Position numbers and translations under genes: made by a program. Positions 52,634-64,000 of a stretch of DNA of 64,000 nucleotides are shown here, piece after piece. This DNA is from Glaucostegus cemiculus (lineage: Eukaryota). The notes beneath the pieces were generated by a model. That model worked only from the letters and a program-made list of their open reading frames with translations, was not told the DNA's origin and ran no database searches. Each line of letters begins with the position of its first letter. Position 1 is the stretch's first letter. The DNA lies in contig CDPCPM010000037.1 of NCBI GenBank assembly GCA_976551045.1, forward strand, positions 22,506,001-22,570,000. The letters are read 5' to 3'.

Positions 52634-53484
52634 GTTAGTATTTAATGAAATGTATGAGCTGCTTGTTGAGATGATGTGATATACAGTTTCAAATGATAGA
52701 AAGTTGAAAAGTATTTTGATATTCCAATTGAATTGACTGGCACCAGAGTGATAAACTGAATTTCTTCCTTTGTGTTGTGTGAAAGATATTCAAGTTCAGA
52801 GCAAACTCACTAGGGATGAATGACAGAAAAGTAGGGCTTTAGTTTCATGATGGGATCTCCGAGTTAATTCAAGGCAACCTGAGAGAATAAATTAATCGAA
52901 AGTCTTCTACTGTTTTGGTCTAAATTGAAATTTGCATTCCCTCTCTGAATCCAATGAATACAGAGTTGGTATATCTGTGTTCTGTTTGCTGTTGCAGTCT
53001 TGGTTTGCCTTATAAAATGACAAGTTTTAGAATTGGCCGTCATTAATTCTTCACAATGTAATGGTGTTTGTCACTAATAATCTGAAAACACAACTAACTT
53101 TGGAGTTAGCACGTGTACATAGTTTAGCACAGAAATTTCAAAGTTGCCAGTGATTCAAAGCTTCTCCACAGGCACTGCCCTTTGCACAGTTGGAAATGAT
53201 TTTGAATATACAAATTTAAGCTATTTTCAAATCAACTACACTTTAAAAATAATTTATATCTTATAACAAAGCAAACTGCTGCAGATGCTGTAACAAAACA
53301 CAGAGTAAGTAACCATTTTGCAGAACAAGGATAGCCCTGAGCTTCTAGTTGCCTGTCATGAATTTTCCATGATTAAAAACCTTTCTGTCTTTGGTCTCCT
53401 ACACTATTCCAACAATGCCCAATAACTTTGGGACTCATTACTGAACTTAACAACTTCTGATAACCAGTTTTTCAAGTTTTTGTC

Positions 53485-55100
53485 AGAACATATGAACATA
53501 CAAATTAAAAGCAGGAATAGGCCATTTGGCTCCTCAAGTCCATTCTGCTATTTGAAAAAATCATGTCTGATTTCTTTGTTATCTCAACTTCACATTTCCA
53601 CCAACCATGTTATTTTCCACTCCCTTGTTTATCAAGAAGTACCCCTTCTGAATTTCATCACCTTTTGCAGAAGAGAGTTTTAAAATACTCATACCTTCTG
53701 AGAGAGAACATTTTGCCTCATCTTTATTTTAAATGGACGCCCCCTTATTTTCAAACAGTGACCCCTCGTTTTGGATTCTCCTGAAATATCTTCTCCATAT
53801 TCACTTTCTCAAGGCCCCTCAGGATCTTTATATATATTTCAGTAAGTCACTTCACCCTCTTTTAAACTCCAGTGGACACAAGCCGAGTCTGTTCAGCTGT
53901 TATGCACAAGACAACCTGCCCATTTCAGTTATTGTTCCACTGAGCCTTCACTAAAATGCATCCAGTACATTTTTAATAAGGATACCAATCCTGTTCACTG
54001 TACTCTGGAGAAAAGTCTTTGATCTGAAACACTGACTTTCTCTTTTCACAAATGCTGCCTGATCTGCTAGGTGTTTCTGACATTTTTTGTTTTTATTACA
54101 GTAGTTTAGGTGTAGTCTTGCTGATACTTTATATATTTGTATTCAATTCCCCTCTCAATTAGACATAACATTCTGTTAGCTTTACAAATAATTTACTGTA
54201 TCTGCACACTTACCTTCTGAAAGGTTAACATGGTTTTATGAAAGAGATGACACCCAGATCACTTTGCACCATAATGTTCAGCAATCTTTCACCAGATAAT
54301 GCTTTTTCTGCAACATGGACAATCTCACATTTTCCTGCAATGCACACAATTTGCTAGGCCTTTGTTGACTTACTTAACCTATTAATAGGCCTTCGTAGCC
54401 TCTTAATATCCTCTTTACAACTACCTTTGTGCAATAAGCAGATTTAGCAACCATATCTTTGTTGCTTCCATCCAACTCATTTATATGAATGTTATAAACA
54501 TTGAGGCCCCCAGACAGATCCATGTGGCTCACCACTTGTTACATGTTGCTCTGCTGCAAAAGGTCCATTTATGCCTGTTAGTCAGCCAACTTTCTATCCA
54601 TTCCAATATGTTGCCTCCTACACTGTCAACTTTGACATTCCAAAATAATCTTCGTTATGGCATCTTATCAAATGTATTCTGGATATCTGATTTGAATATA
54701 TCTACCCTTTTATTCTCAACATGTTTCGTCAAAGAACTGCTATCAATTGATCAAACATGACATGCCTTTCACAAAATCACATTGACTTTGCCTGATTACC
54801 TTGCATTTTTCTAAGTGCCAGGTTGTAATGTCTTATCACAGATAGCTTATAACATCTTCCCCATGACAAATGTAAATCTAACTGGCCTGTAGTCTCCCTC
54901 CCTTTTTGAACAAAATGGTTACATTCCTCAGGTTTTACTTGTGTTCCCTAAACAAAGACTAATGAAAAAAAGCCTGTTTAATTTATTTGACATTTCCTTA
55001 TTTCCCAAGACTCATCAAGAGGACTGGCACTCACTTTGTGAACTTTTCTGTTTTTAAATATCGATAGAAGTTCTTACTATTTTTTGTGCATTACGAGCCA
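53485..55100 (-). mobile_element. Degraded CR1-clade LINE in AAR2 intron, interrupted at about 54000-54100 by a Penelope-like terminal fragment
   Basis: Tail agaacatatgaac...gcaggaataggccatttggc; RT-region remnants (ttatcaaatgtattctggatatc; tctaactggcctgtagt). Confidence 0.65.
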
Positions 55101-56515
55101 GCTTTATTTTGTACTCTAATTTTTTTCTTCCTTTTTAACCTTTTCATGATTGTCAAACATCTTGAGTGGACTAAATTTTTGCCTGCTTTCTAAATTTTCT
55201 GAGTTCAGACCAAAAGTCTGTCATCGGGAAAAAATAGTTGTTTCTCTCTCCAGATACTGCCAGAGCTGCTGAGTGTTTCTTATGGTTTTCCATAATATTT
55301 CTGAATACTTTATGCATAGTTGCATGATGACTGAGTGGTTTTAATACTGTACTAAACTCTTAATTAATGTTTGGCATTCTATATAGCCCCAAAAAGATCA
55401 TTTAACTTGCGTATAATGTAATTCTCTGATTTTCTTTTTATAAAGCTGATTTATGATATTTCTACTGCCTTAATCATTGCACCATCTGTGTAATGCTTAA
55501 TTTAAAAAATTGTGCCTTCTCTTTCTGGTTATGCTGTATGACAATTCTGTAATATAATTGGCTTCAGAACCTGCTTGATGATATTTAATTGCTGGATGCC
55601 ATAGATCACCTTGAACTCACAGTAGAAAGCATTAAAAAAAATGACAAGTTCCTACTGCAGAGCTAGCTAGATGTTTGTGGAGGGTTTTGTTTGAGGTCAG
55701 CAGGAGATATTGCTGCTTAGCTTATGACTACAAATTCTGAGCAAATGTTCTGCTTTGAAGATGGGTCATGTGTTGAAAGAATATTTCATAACTTTGGGTA
55801 CACTTGAGTGGTTTGAATACTGTTTAAATTATGGGACAAAGGCTTTATTTCTGAGTATGCCATTGCAAGTTTTGATCAGTAAAATGTAATAAAATTATTG
55901 AAGATGAACTGGTCACTTCATATAATTTCACTTTGAGTGTAAACAAAAATGAAACTAATAAATAGTTTCATAAAGCCCTGTTACTCAAATTAGAATCTGA
56001 AGAATGATCTTCAACTGCGATACAGTTGGGGGTATACTGTGAGATTCTTGAGAGCACAGATTTTGGCTAATGTTTCAGTGCCATGCTAAAGACTACAGTC
56101 AGGTGTTTCCTTTCACATAAGATGTAAACAAAGGAAGTTAATGATACCATGACAAGCTCCTTTTTACTGGATGTTGCATTTCCTGCATTATAACCCCAGG
56201 TTGTGAAAGTTGCTTTGGTATTTTATTTGGAACATATTTTCAACATGACTGGTAGAAATTTGCAATTGAACTGCAGGGTAGAATGTGATTTTTTAAAATT
56301 TTTTTAACATAGTGAATGCTTCTGGATTATGGCTTAAAAACCACAAGTAACATGGAAAGAAATCCATTCAGGCAAATTTATTGCATAATGTTGAGTTTAG
56401 GACATTTTCATTGAATTACATTGACCTAATAATATGATTTACCTCTCAGTGATGTTCCATAAACTGTTTTGTGTTTTTAATGTAATGAACATGGATTTTG
56501 TTGTGTTACATACAG

Positions 56516-56745
56516 GGGAACTGCAGTTTTCTTTTGTGTGCTTCCTGATTGGTAATGTCTATGATGCATTTGAGCACTGGAAAGACCTACTTCGTCTACT
56601 CTGTCACTCTGAGGAAGCTGTGACAAAACAAAAGGATCTCTATTCTGCCCTCATCTCTGTCCTCTATCACCAGCTTAATGAAATTCCTGCTGACTTCTTT
56701 GTGGATATAGTCTCCAAGGATAACTTCCTAACCACAACTTTACAG
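56516..56745 (+). CDS. AAR2: AAR2 second coding exon ([23 protein letters not shown]...[17 protein letters not shown])
   Basis: tacag/cag|gtagct; 230 nt; phase fits the previous exon; conserved AAR2 C-domain motifs. Confidence 0.96.
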
Positions 56746-57802
56746 GTAGCTTATCTAAATCATATTTATTGAGGTAGAAAACGATTGAAATCAAACATTA
56801 AAGCTTGTGTTTAGATATTTCACATTTCTGAATACTTTATGGAGAGCCTTTTGTGATTTGAATAAAATTTTAAGCAGTGCCACACAATTATTCTGTATCA
56901 AGTTAGAAATCTGTTTTTAAACTTGTACAATGGCTTATTGGAGGATTCACAAATTTTTTTCTGTTAATATTCATTGACTATAAATACAAACCTTGCTTCA
57001 GTAGTGTTTTAATTCATTTGCAGTACTAAAAAATGATTTGTACTTTGCTACAGCTGCCAAGATTCACCTCAGATCTTCTCCAGGGTAACGAGATTATTGC
57101 TTGTTTATATATTTCATAATGTTTTCTGCATGTATTTACAAGTAAAATCCTATTTGGAAAATTGTTGATGTATCATCAAGATCTGTTTTCCTTCAAGGAG
57201 ATGTGACAGTGAATTTGGCACAGTTTGTTATTTATTCTAATCCTTGATCTCACCGTGAAACTTGCGTCAGACATTAACTTGCATTGTTAGGGCTGTTCAA
57301 AGTTCACAGTCCAATCCAGCAGGTGAGGGATTGGCTCAGAGGTTTTTCCCCCTATCACATAAACTAAGTAATAATCAAATGACTCTCAATTGGATTTCAA
57401 ATGAAATGTTCACTTTTGAAGTTCTACAATTTCAAGAATTTGTTATATTTTGTGTCCATATTTCTTTTGGCCCTTGAAATTAAATTTTCAGGACAAGATA
57501 GATTGTTAGTAATTACCATTGTCAGACTAACTTCTCATGCTGGTGTTTGTGGGTTAATGTATGGACAAATACTTCAAGCTCTCACCATTGTAATGAGCTT
57601 CACACTGAGTCATTTGGCGAAGACCACTGCATAGCACACCATGGAAGAACTGCGTATTTCTGACTGCAGTTTCTTATCTCTGTTTTTAAATACCAAATCT
57701 TGGATTGTGAAAGCTGTTTGAATTTACTCCATGTTATCGTTGAGCATTTCCTTTCCATTGTTACCCCTGTAGATACCAGACCAAAATATTGGTTTATATG
57801 GT

Positions 57803-58105
57803 AAGATAAGATATTTATTTATTAGTCACATGTACATCAAAACACACAGTGAAATGCATCTTTTTGCATTGCTAAGAATCTGCTGGGGGGCAGCCCACAA
57901 ATGTTGCCACTCTTCCAGCACCAACATAGCGTGCCCACAACTTCCTAACCCGTACGTCTGGAATGTGGGAGGAAACCGGAGCACCCGGAGGAAACCCATG
58001 CAGACACAGGGAGAACGTACAAACTCCTTACAGGCAGCAGCGGGAATTGATCCCACGTCACTGGCGCTGTAATAGCATTACGCTAACTGCTATGCTACCC
58101 TGCCA
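57803..58105 (-). mobile_element. V-SINE with the same head and core but a different 3' tail
   Basis: Reverse complement of 57950-58100 matches 155-310; tail ends ...gatgtacatgtgactaataaa...(tctta)n. Confidence 0.85.
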
Positions 58106-60110
58106 CCCCGTGGTATATGCAGGCGGTATTACTGTTAATCAGTTTGAAGCTGTGCATGACTGTTCTCTTGTTTCTCACCACCATGTTTCCATGTATCCTT
58201 TTATATCTTGTTGCATCAGGTTTCTTATGGCATTCGGTAATCTCCCGTATCAGTGGCAATGTGATCAAATCAGGTTTTTTTTGTGTAAAGGTGTTCACAA
58301 ATGCTATAGGTCTGAAGCACCTGAAGATCTTGAATGAAACATAGAAAGTTAAAGGGCAGAAGGAGGCCTTTCAGCCCATAATGTTCATGCTGGCTCTCAA
58401 TCAGAGCAACTCACTTGTTGCACCTACCTGCCTGTTCTCCATAACCTTGCCTCCTAATTCCTTCTTGAGGGCTGCAATGGAACCTGCCTCCATGACATCT
58501 GCAGGCAGTGAATGGCAGTCATTGTCTTCCACTGATGCACATAATCATCTTAGATTGAAACTCAATGTGTGACATTGCTCAATGAGCCTAAACATGTGTC
58601 TCCATCGAGAATGATGATAATAATTATTATCTGTTTGATTTAGAATTTCCAATCTTGCTTTTTTAAGAATTGACTTTTCTGATGGGAGTAAACTTATCTG
58701 CACCTTGAAATGCGTTGTTTCATATCACACAATTCAGATAAGTGAACGTAAAAGTATTATTCGCTTTACTTATAGTCCCCCATGCCCCAAAATGCTTTTA
58801 TTATTGTTATTTTAGATTTTGCACAAAGATTTGATTTTGAATTAAAATTTAGAGCATTATTATCTGAAAGTTTTTAGCATCTTGTTTGTAATATGAACAG
58901 TAACAGCTGATTTGTTCAATTTTCACAACTTGTTTTGTGTTTCATTGAGCTAAATATTTTACTCTGTGCTTAAATTTGCTGTGATCAAATTATCAAAGGA
59001 ATTCCACTGACTGCCATTTTTCCTCCTGAGAAAGGTTTCTGAGTCTGTGGAGCAAAATCTGTCAATTGGTTTCACAGATATATTTCTGTGTATTGATTTA
59101 TTGTTGGAACATTTAAGGCATTAGCTGCTCAAGAACTAGCATTGATTTATCCAGAACAAATCTGACTTTTCACAGGATTTGGTCATGATTCTTTTCCATT
59201 CTAACTCCAGGAACAAATGTATGGCAGTGGCGTTGAAACAATCTAAATCAAATATCATATAACTACATTTACTGGTTTCCATTTGCAGAGAGCAGATGTA
59301 AAATAAGTTGATTATTTTATTTAATGAACCATACATTTTAAAAATGTCTACATCTACTTTAATGCATATGTGTAGCAAAGTTTCAATAAAATTCTAACCA
59401 ATATACCCAAGAAGTCCAAAACTTGGCCTAATCTATACGATCCATACTTAAAGTCTTAAAGGGAACTAAGTATTAATTATTTTCCCAAATAGCACTGTAT
59501 TTGAGAGTCAGCACCTTTCTCCTGCAAGCACATGCCGACATCCTATTTGTTATTTCTCTCATCCCTTCATATTTCTTTGTTTAAAGTATGTCCAGTTACG
59601 GAACTAGGTTTTATGGCCTGTTGCTTCATGGCTTGCTTTTGTTCCAGCAAAGTCAATACACAGAAATATGTTGTTTCCTTTTATTTTCATTGGTGTTCAT
59701 TACCTCATTTATACAAATATGAAGGATTAGCAATAAAATTAATTATTTTTTCCCCTTTGTCTTGAGACATTGTATCCATGTTATGCAACCTGACATGAAA
59801 AAATAGTTGTCAGACTAAGTTTTTATGTAAGGTAGTACACATGTTATAAGCTAAACTATATATTTAAAGGGTACTGAATAGCTCTAAAGAAGTATGTTTT
59901 GCAAAGTGTGCTGGTGTCCCCTGGACACTGGGACAGAATTAAAGTTTAAGTGTTGCCAGTGGACAAAACTGCAATAATGTATTCGCTATACAATGCGTCA
60001 GTTTGTTCTAGCCTTTTTATTTTGTTACTACTTGATTGTGTAATTATCCATTTCAGTTGGTGAATGGGGGAGGTAGTGACCAAGTTGGAGAGACTTCAGA
60101 AGTGCACTTT

Positions 60111-60129
60111 TGACACCATCTACTGGTTG
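60111..60129 (-). promoter_or_regulatory. Candidate CTCF site
   Basis: Reverse complement caaCCAGTAGATGGTGtca fits the CTCF core CCASYAGRKGGYR; motif match only. Confidence 0.45.
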
Positions 60130-60677
60130 GAACTGGGAGCAATATTATTGAATACTGCTGTATTCATAGCTTAGAAGGGCAGTTTGGGTACCTGTACGAG
60201 CATCAAAGCATCATGAAAAATATGATCACATCATTTTAAATTTATAGATTATTATTATCCTTGGTTGATGGGATCTGGGACACTATTAGCTAAGTGACAG
60301 AAGTTGATTTCTATAAGTTTTGAGAGATGTTAGACAAGTACATGAGAGGGGGGATCTTGCAGGTGTTCATTTCAAGAATCAGCGTAGCGATGATAGGCTA
60401 ACAGCCTTCTGCACCAAGTTTCTACAGTTTATTTCAGTGATTCACTGCTAATGGTTATATCCATTTTATTTTTCATTGTCTATCAGCACAACGTATTTGG
60501 AAAGATTTGAATGCGTTAAAACTTAAGTTACTTGGGGTTGGGAAAAATATGTGACTTCATGATTCAAAATTACTACTCAAAGGAATCGTGGTTACGTAAA
60601 TTTATACCTTAGGCAGATTGAATCAAAATATTAACATTTTAAGCAGACTCATCAAAGTACAAAGGTTTGGAGTGATT

Positions 60678-61195
60678 TCAGAATCAGAATCAGAATCAGT
60701 TTTATTGTCACAACCATATACATACATGGTATGCATAGGAGCGAGATACCGTCCTCCACAGGAACACGTCTCATAGAAAAGAATAACATAACAACCAACA
60801 GAGAGACACATACACAGTACAAAATACACAGTACAAAACATTACTCATTAGTTCTTACATAAATAGATCTTAAAGTGAACGGGCTGGTGTCAGGCATTTA
60901 AAGTGCTGGTGCATTTCTGTGCACCTAGCATCTCCTAGTGTTAACAAAGGAAGATGGAGGGATGAGAGAGTTTGCAGTTCTTATGGCTTGCGGAAAGAAG
61001 CTATTGTTCAGCCTGGACGTTCTTGCCCTGATACATTTAAGCCTCCTCCCTGATGGCAAAATTGTGAAGAGGTGGTGGGAGGGGTGAGAGGGGTCGGCCA
61101 TTATGCTTTTTGTCTTCCTCACACAACGGTCTTTGTATATGTCTGCGAGGGATGGAAGCGAGACACCTATGATCCACTCCGCAGCCTTAACTATC
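60678..61195 (-). mobile_element. Rex1/Babar-like LINE 3' fragment
   Basis: Minus ORF ADPSHPSHHLFTILPSGRRLKCIRARTSRLNNSFFPQAIR is the typical Rex1/Babar ORF C-terminus; 3' end gtgacaataaaa(ctgatt)n. Confidence 0.85.
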
Positions 61196-61307
61196 TTCTG
61201 GAGGGACTTAATTTGGTAATTAGGTTGATGTCACTTTTAAGGAAAGACAAATGGATTTCAAATGATTCCTTTGTCCTGTGACTTTAAATTTCTTGGTTTT
61301 ATTTCAG

Positions 61308-61475
61308 GAATTCTTCTCTTACTCGTGTGGCCCTAATGTGGACAAAGCTCTACAAAAACGTGTGGAAAAATTTAAGGCTCATTTAACCAAAAAGTTCAAG
61401 TGGGATTTTGATGAAGAACCTGATGATTGTGCCCCAGTAATGGTTGAGTTACCCGAAGGAGTGACCCTGGACTGA
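61308..61475 (+). CDS. AAR2: AAR2 last coding exon (EFFSYSCG...KFKAHLTKKFKWDFDEEPDDCAPVMVELPEGVTLD-stop)
   Basis: atttcag acceptor; 168 nt; total CDS 757+230+168 = 1155 nt = 384 aa plus stop. Confidence 0.96.
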   Translation, partial: EFFSYSCGPNVDKALQKRVEKFKAHLTKKFKWDFDEEPDDCAPVMVELPEGVTLD

Positions 61476-61690
61476 CTTATTCCATTAAGGAACTGACTGA
61501 CTGAGGCTTGTAAATTTTTTAATCATTTGAAAGTATGTGACTTTTGTGTGTAACAACTGAAAAACCATGTGAAATTACCAAAAAAATTTTATGTTTCAAA
61601 TGCAATTGTAAAATACACTTCTGTGTTGAGTATATACATTTGTGTTTCATTTGAAATGTCTGTTCTTTTTATGGTGTCCAAACCGAACAG

Positions 61691-61696
61691 ATTAAA
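61691..61696 (+). terminator. AAR2: Candidate AAR2 poly(A) signal (ATTAAA)
   Basis: ATTAAA about 215 nt after the stop, followed by a T-rich tract. Confidence 0.5.
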
Positions 61697-64000
61697 AAGA
61701 TGTCCAGAACTGTAACTAGCTCATTTTTTTCTTCAATGTCTTATCTTAATCTCTCCTTTTTAACAGTTCTAATGCAGCATTTCATTTGTGTGGAAAACAG
61801 ATGCAGTTCAGAGTGATGCAGTTCAGAGTGAAGCAGAACTGCTTTTAAATCCTGCCTGGAGAAGGTTTGCATTGGCTCTGTTCCACTGCAGTACAGCATT
61901 GATGCCATTTAAATGAAATCCTTGAATACTGTCATGCAGACCTCCTTGCACTGACAAGATGGCTAATGAATTTGGTTCTACGTTCACTTGGAATATCACT
62001 AAGTGACTATTATACAAGGAATAATGACTCACCTGTCAATTCTGGGAAAGAAATATCACACAGGAGAGCAATACTTGCTCTCAGTGATTTGTATTTCAGT
62101 GATGGATGCAGATGTCCACAGAATATAATAGGCAACAAAATTAGAACAGTGCCCTTCAGACAGCATGAAAGCCTTTCATTCAATTCGTCTATGGCTAATA
62201 CAACTCTGTGGTAGCCAATATTACATTGCTTTATTAATTTTTAAGAAATTAGAATGAATATTCTGCTCTTGAGCCTTCATTGCCTGTCATTGACACAAAA
62301 TGTTTTGATAGTCATTCACCCTGAAGAAAAACATAAATGGGCAAAAACTTTTGTCAGAAATGTGCAGTATTAAATTGCGAGAATTTGTTCATTATACTTA
62401 ATTTACCTTGGGAGGTGGTGACAGACAATTGCAGATAGAATTTCCAGTTAATGAATAGTATTAACAGTAATGTGGTGAATTTTTTAATAATTTCTTGTGG
62501 GTGAAAATAACTAAGATTCCATATTCCTTTTTTTAATGTTGTACCTGCATGTCTGAGCCTTCTGTGCTCTGTTGAGATTTAGTACTGCTTCGGATAAGGC
62601 ACAAAGGCTTTTGATTTATATCTGGGGGGCGTCAGTAAATTGTTCTATGATGGGTTGGTAGAAATGAACACTGATAGGAAAAGCAATAAAAAGGTGAGAA
62701 AATCTGATTACATTTGCACCTAGTTTCAGTCTCAGCCTTGCTTGTAAGGTATTACCCTACTTATAAGGTCTGCTCAACTTCCAAGACCAGTGAATGAACT
62801 ACCCAATTGATTTTTCATATATCAATTTGGTTGTAGTGGTAGAGGCAGGGACTCTCACAGTATTTATGAATTATCTTGACAAGCTAAGGCATAGAAGGCC
62901 AAGGACCAAGTGCTGATAAATGGGGTTAAATGCTGATAAATGGATGGGTGCTTGATGGTCCGTGTGGAAGTAGTAGGTTGCAGGGCTTGTTTGTGCTGTA
63001 TGACTGCCTCATCCTGTATCAATTTTAGAAATATTTACTTTCTCTTCCATGGCTTTTTTACTTTTGAGTATTATTACCTAACCTAACTTAGCAGTTTGCC
63101 GTCTTTGCTTATGCATCTTAGACAAAGACAATCTCTTCCAAATATGTCAATTCTCCTCTTCCCCTCAAAAAGAACTGTAGAAGTTTTTAAATTATATCTG
63201 AAACATCTTGGGAATTTGGAAAATCTCAGAAGGCACAAAATCCATTACACTTTCAGTGCAATTTATTATGCCTTCTGTATTATGCACCCCCTTCCCCATC
63301 CTATTTACCAGAAATCCAATTAACACTCACTCAAAGGATGTTAAGAACGCCTTTGTTTTCTTAGGGAGCCTTATGTTTGAGCACCCTTAAGGGAAAGGAA
63401 AGCATACATTCCCAGCTTTCTCAATTTACATCTGGCATCTGGTTTTGCCAGCCACCATAACTCAGAGATGCCATCTGTGTTATCTGAAATACCTCAATCT
63501 TGCTCTATTTCCTTGCAAGTACAACCTTGAGGCAACAGATCTATCTGCTCTTTTAGCGTGAGCTGCACCAAATTTTGATAATCGTAATTACAATGGTTTA
63601 GCAATGATTGTTTTAAGCTTGAAATGTTTCAAAAATGAGCTAAACAATCTATTAGGAGTCAACAGTTATGTCATAGCATATTATCATGACAATTCAAACA
63701 ACTGTAAAGTTCTTTCATTCCAATAATGTTGTGGAGTTACTTACCAAACTGAAATAAATGGGCTCCTACTGCTTTAAAATAACAAAAGAATAATTACAGT
63801 TTAGATATTTATGTCCCTTAAGATTAGATGATGTAATTTCAAGGTGTAAGTGGTGGGGATAGTTTACACTTTATATTCTACTTGTTTAATATGAAGCATT
63901 GAATGTGTACCACATCAAATCAAGCCCTGCTCCTAGCTCTGGCTTTACTATACAGTGCATAAACAATAAGTTATACATTTTTGGTCCTCTTCTGGAAAAT

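Noticed and set aside
61800-61831. 15-bp tandem duplication gatgcagttcagagt x2
   Set aside because: Ordinary local slippage duplication downstream of AAR2.

Overview
This is AT-rich vertebrate genomic DNA; the repeat content (V-domain tRNA-SINEs with CR1-type tails, Penelope-like and Rex1/Babar-like fragments) points to a cartilaginous fish (inference). The window holds the 3' part of EPB41L1 (protein 4.1N) on the + strand: 16 well-supported coding exons plus one tentative, from the end of the FERM domain (827) to the stop codon (36249), then a long 3' UTR. The complete AAR2 gene follows on the + strand: CpG-island promoter near 50.5 kb, non-coding exon 1, and coding exons 51877-52633, 56516-56745 and 61308-61475 (384 aa). 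This is the same neighbour order as in mammals. The most notable items are: (i) a 2,928-nt in-frame giant EPB41L1 exon carrying 22 near-identical 36-bp repeats (PGTLEDEGHEPR) inside an older degenerate 12-aa array; (ii) decayed minimal hammerhead-ribozyme motifs in Penelope-like element ends; (iii) a possible intron-readthrough isoform ending in a hydrophobic tail; (iv) a probable eroded Gypsy LTR relic at about 47.7-49.1 kb; (v) a tandem hairpin pair at 3.15-3.27 kb. No prokaryotic system or CRISPR array is present, and most short ORFs in the supplied track are spurious. All calls were made by eye, without database searches.
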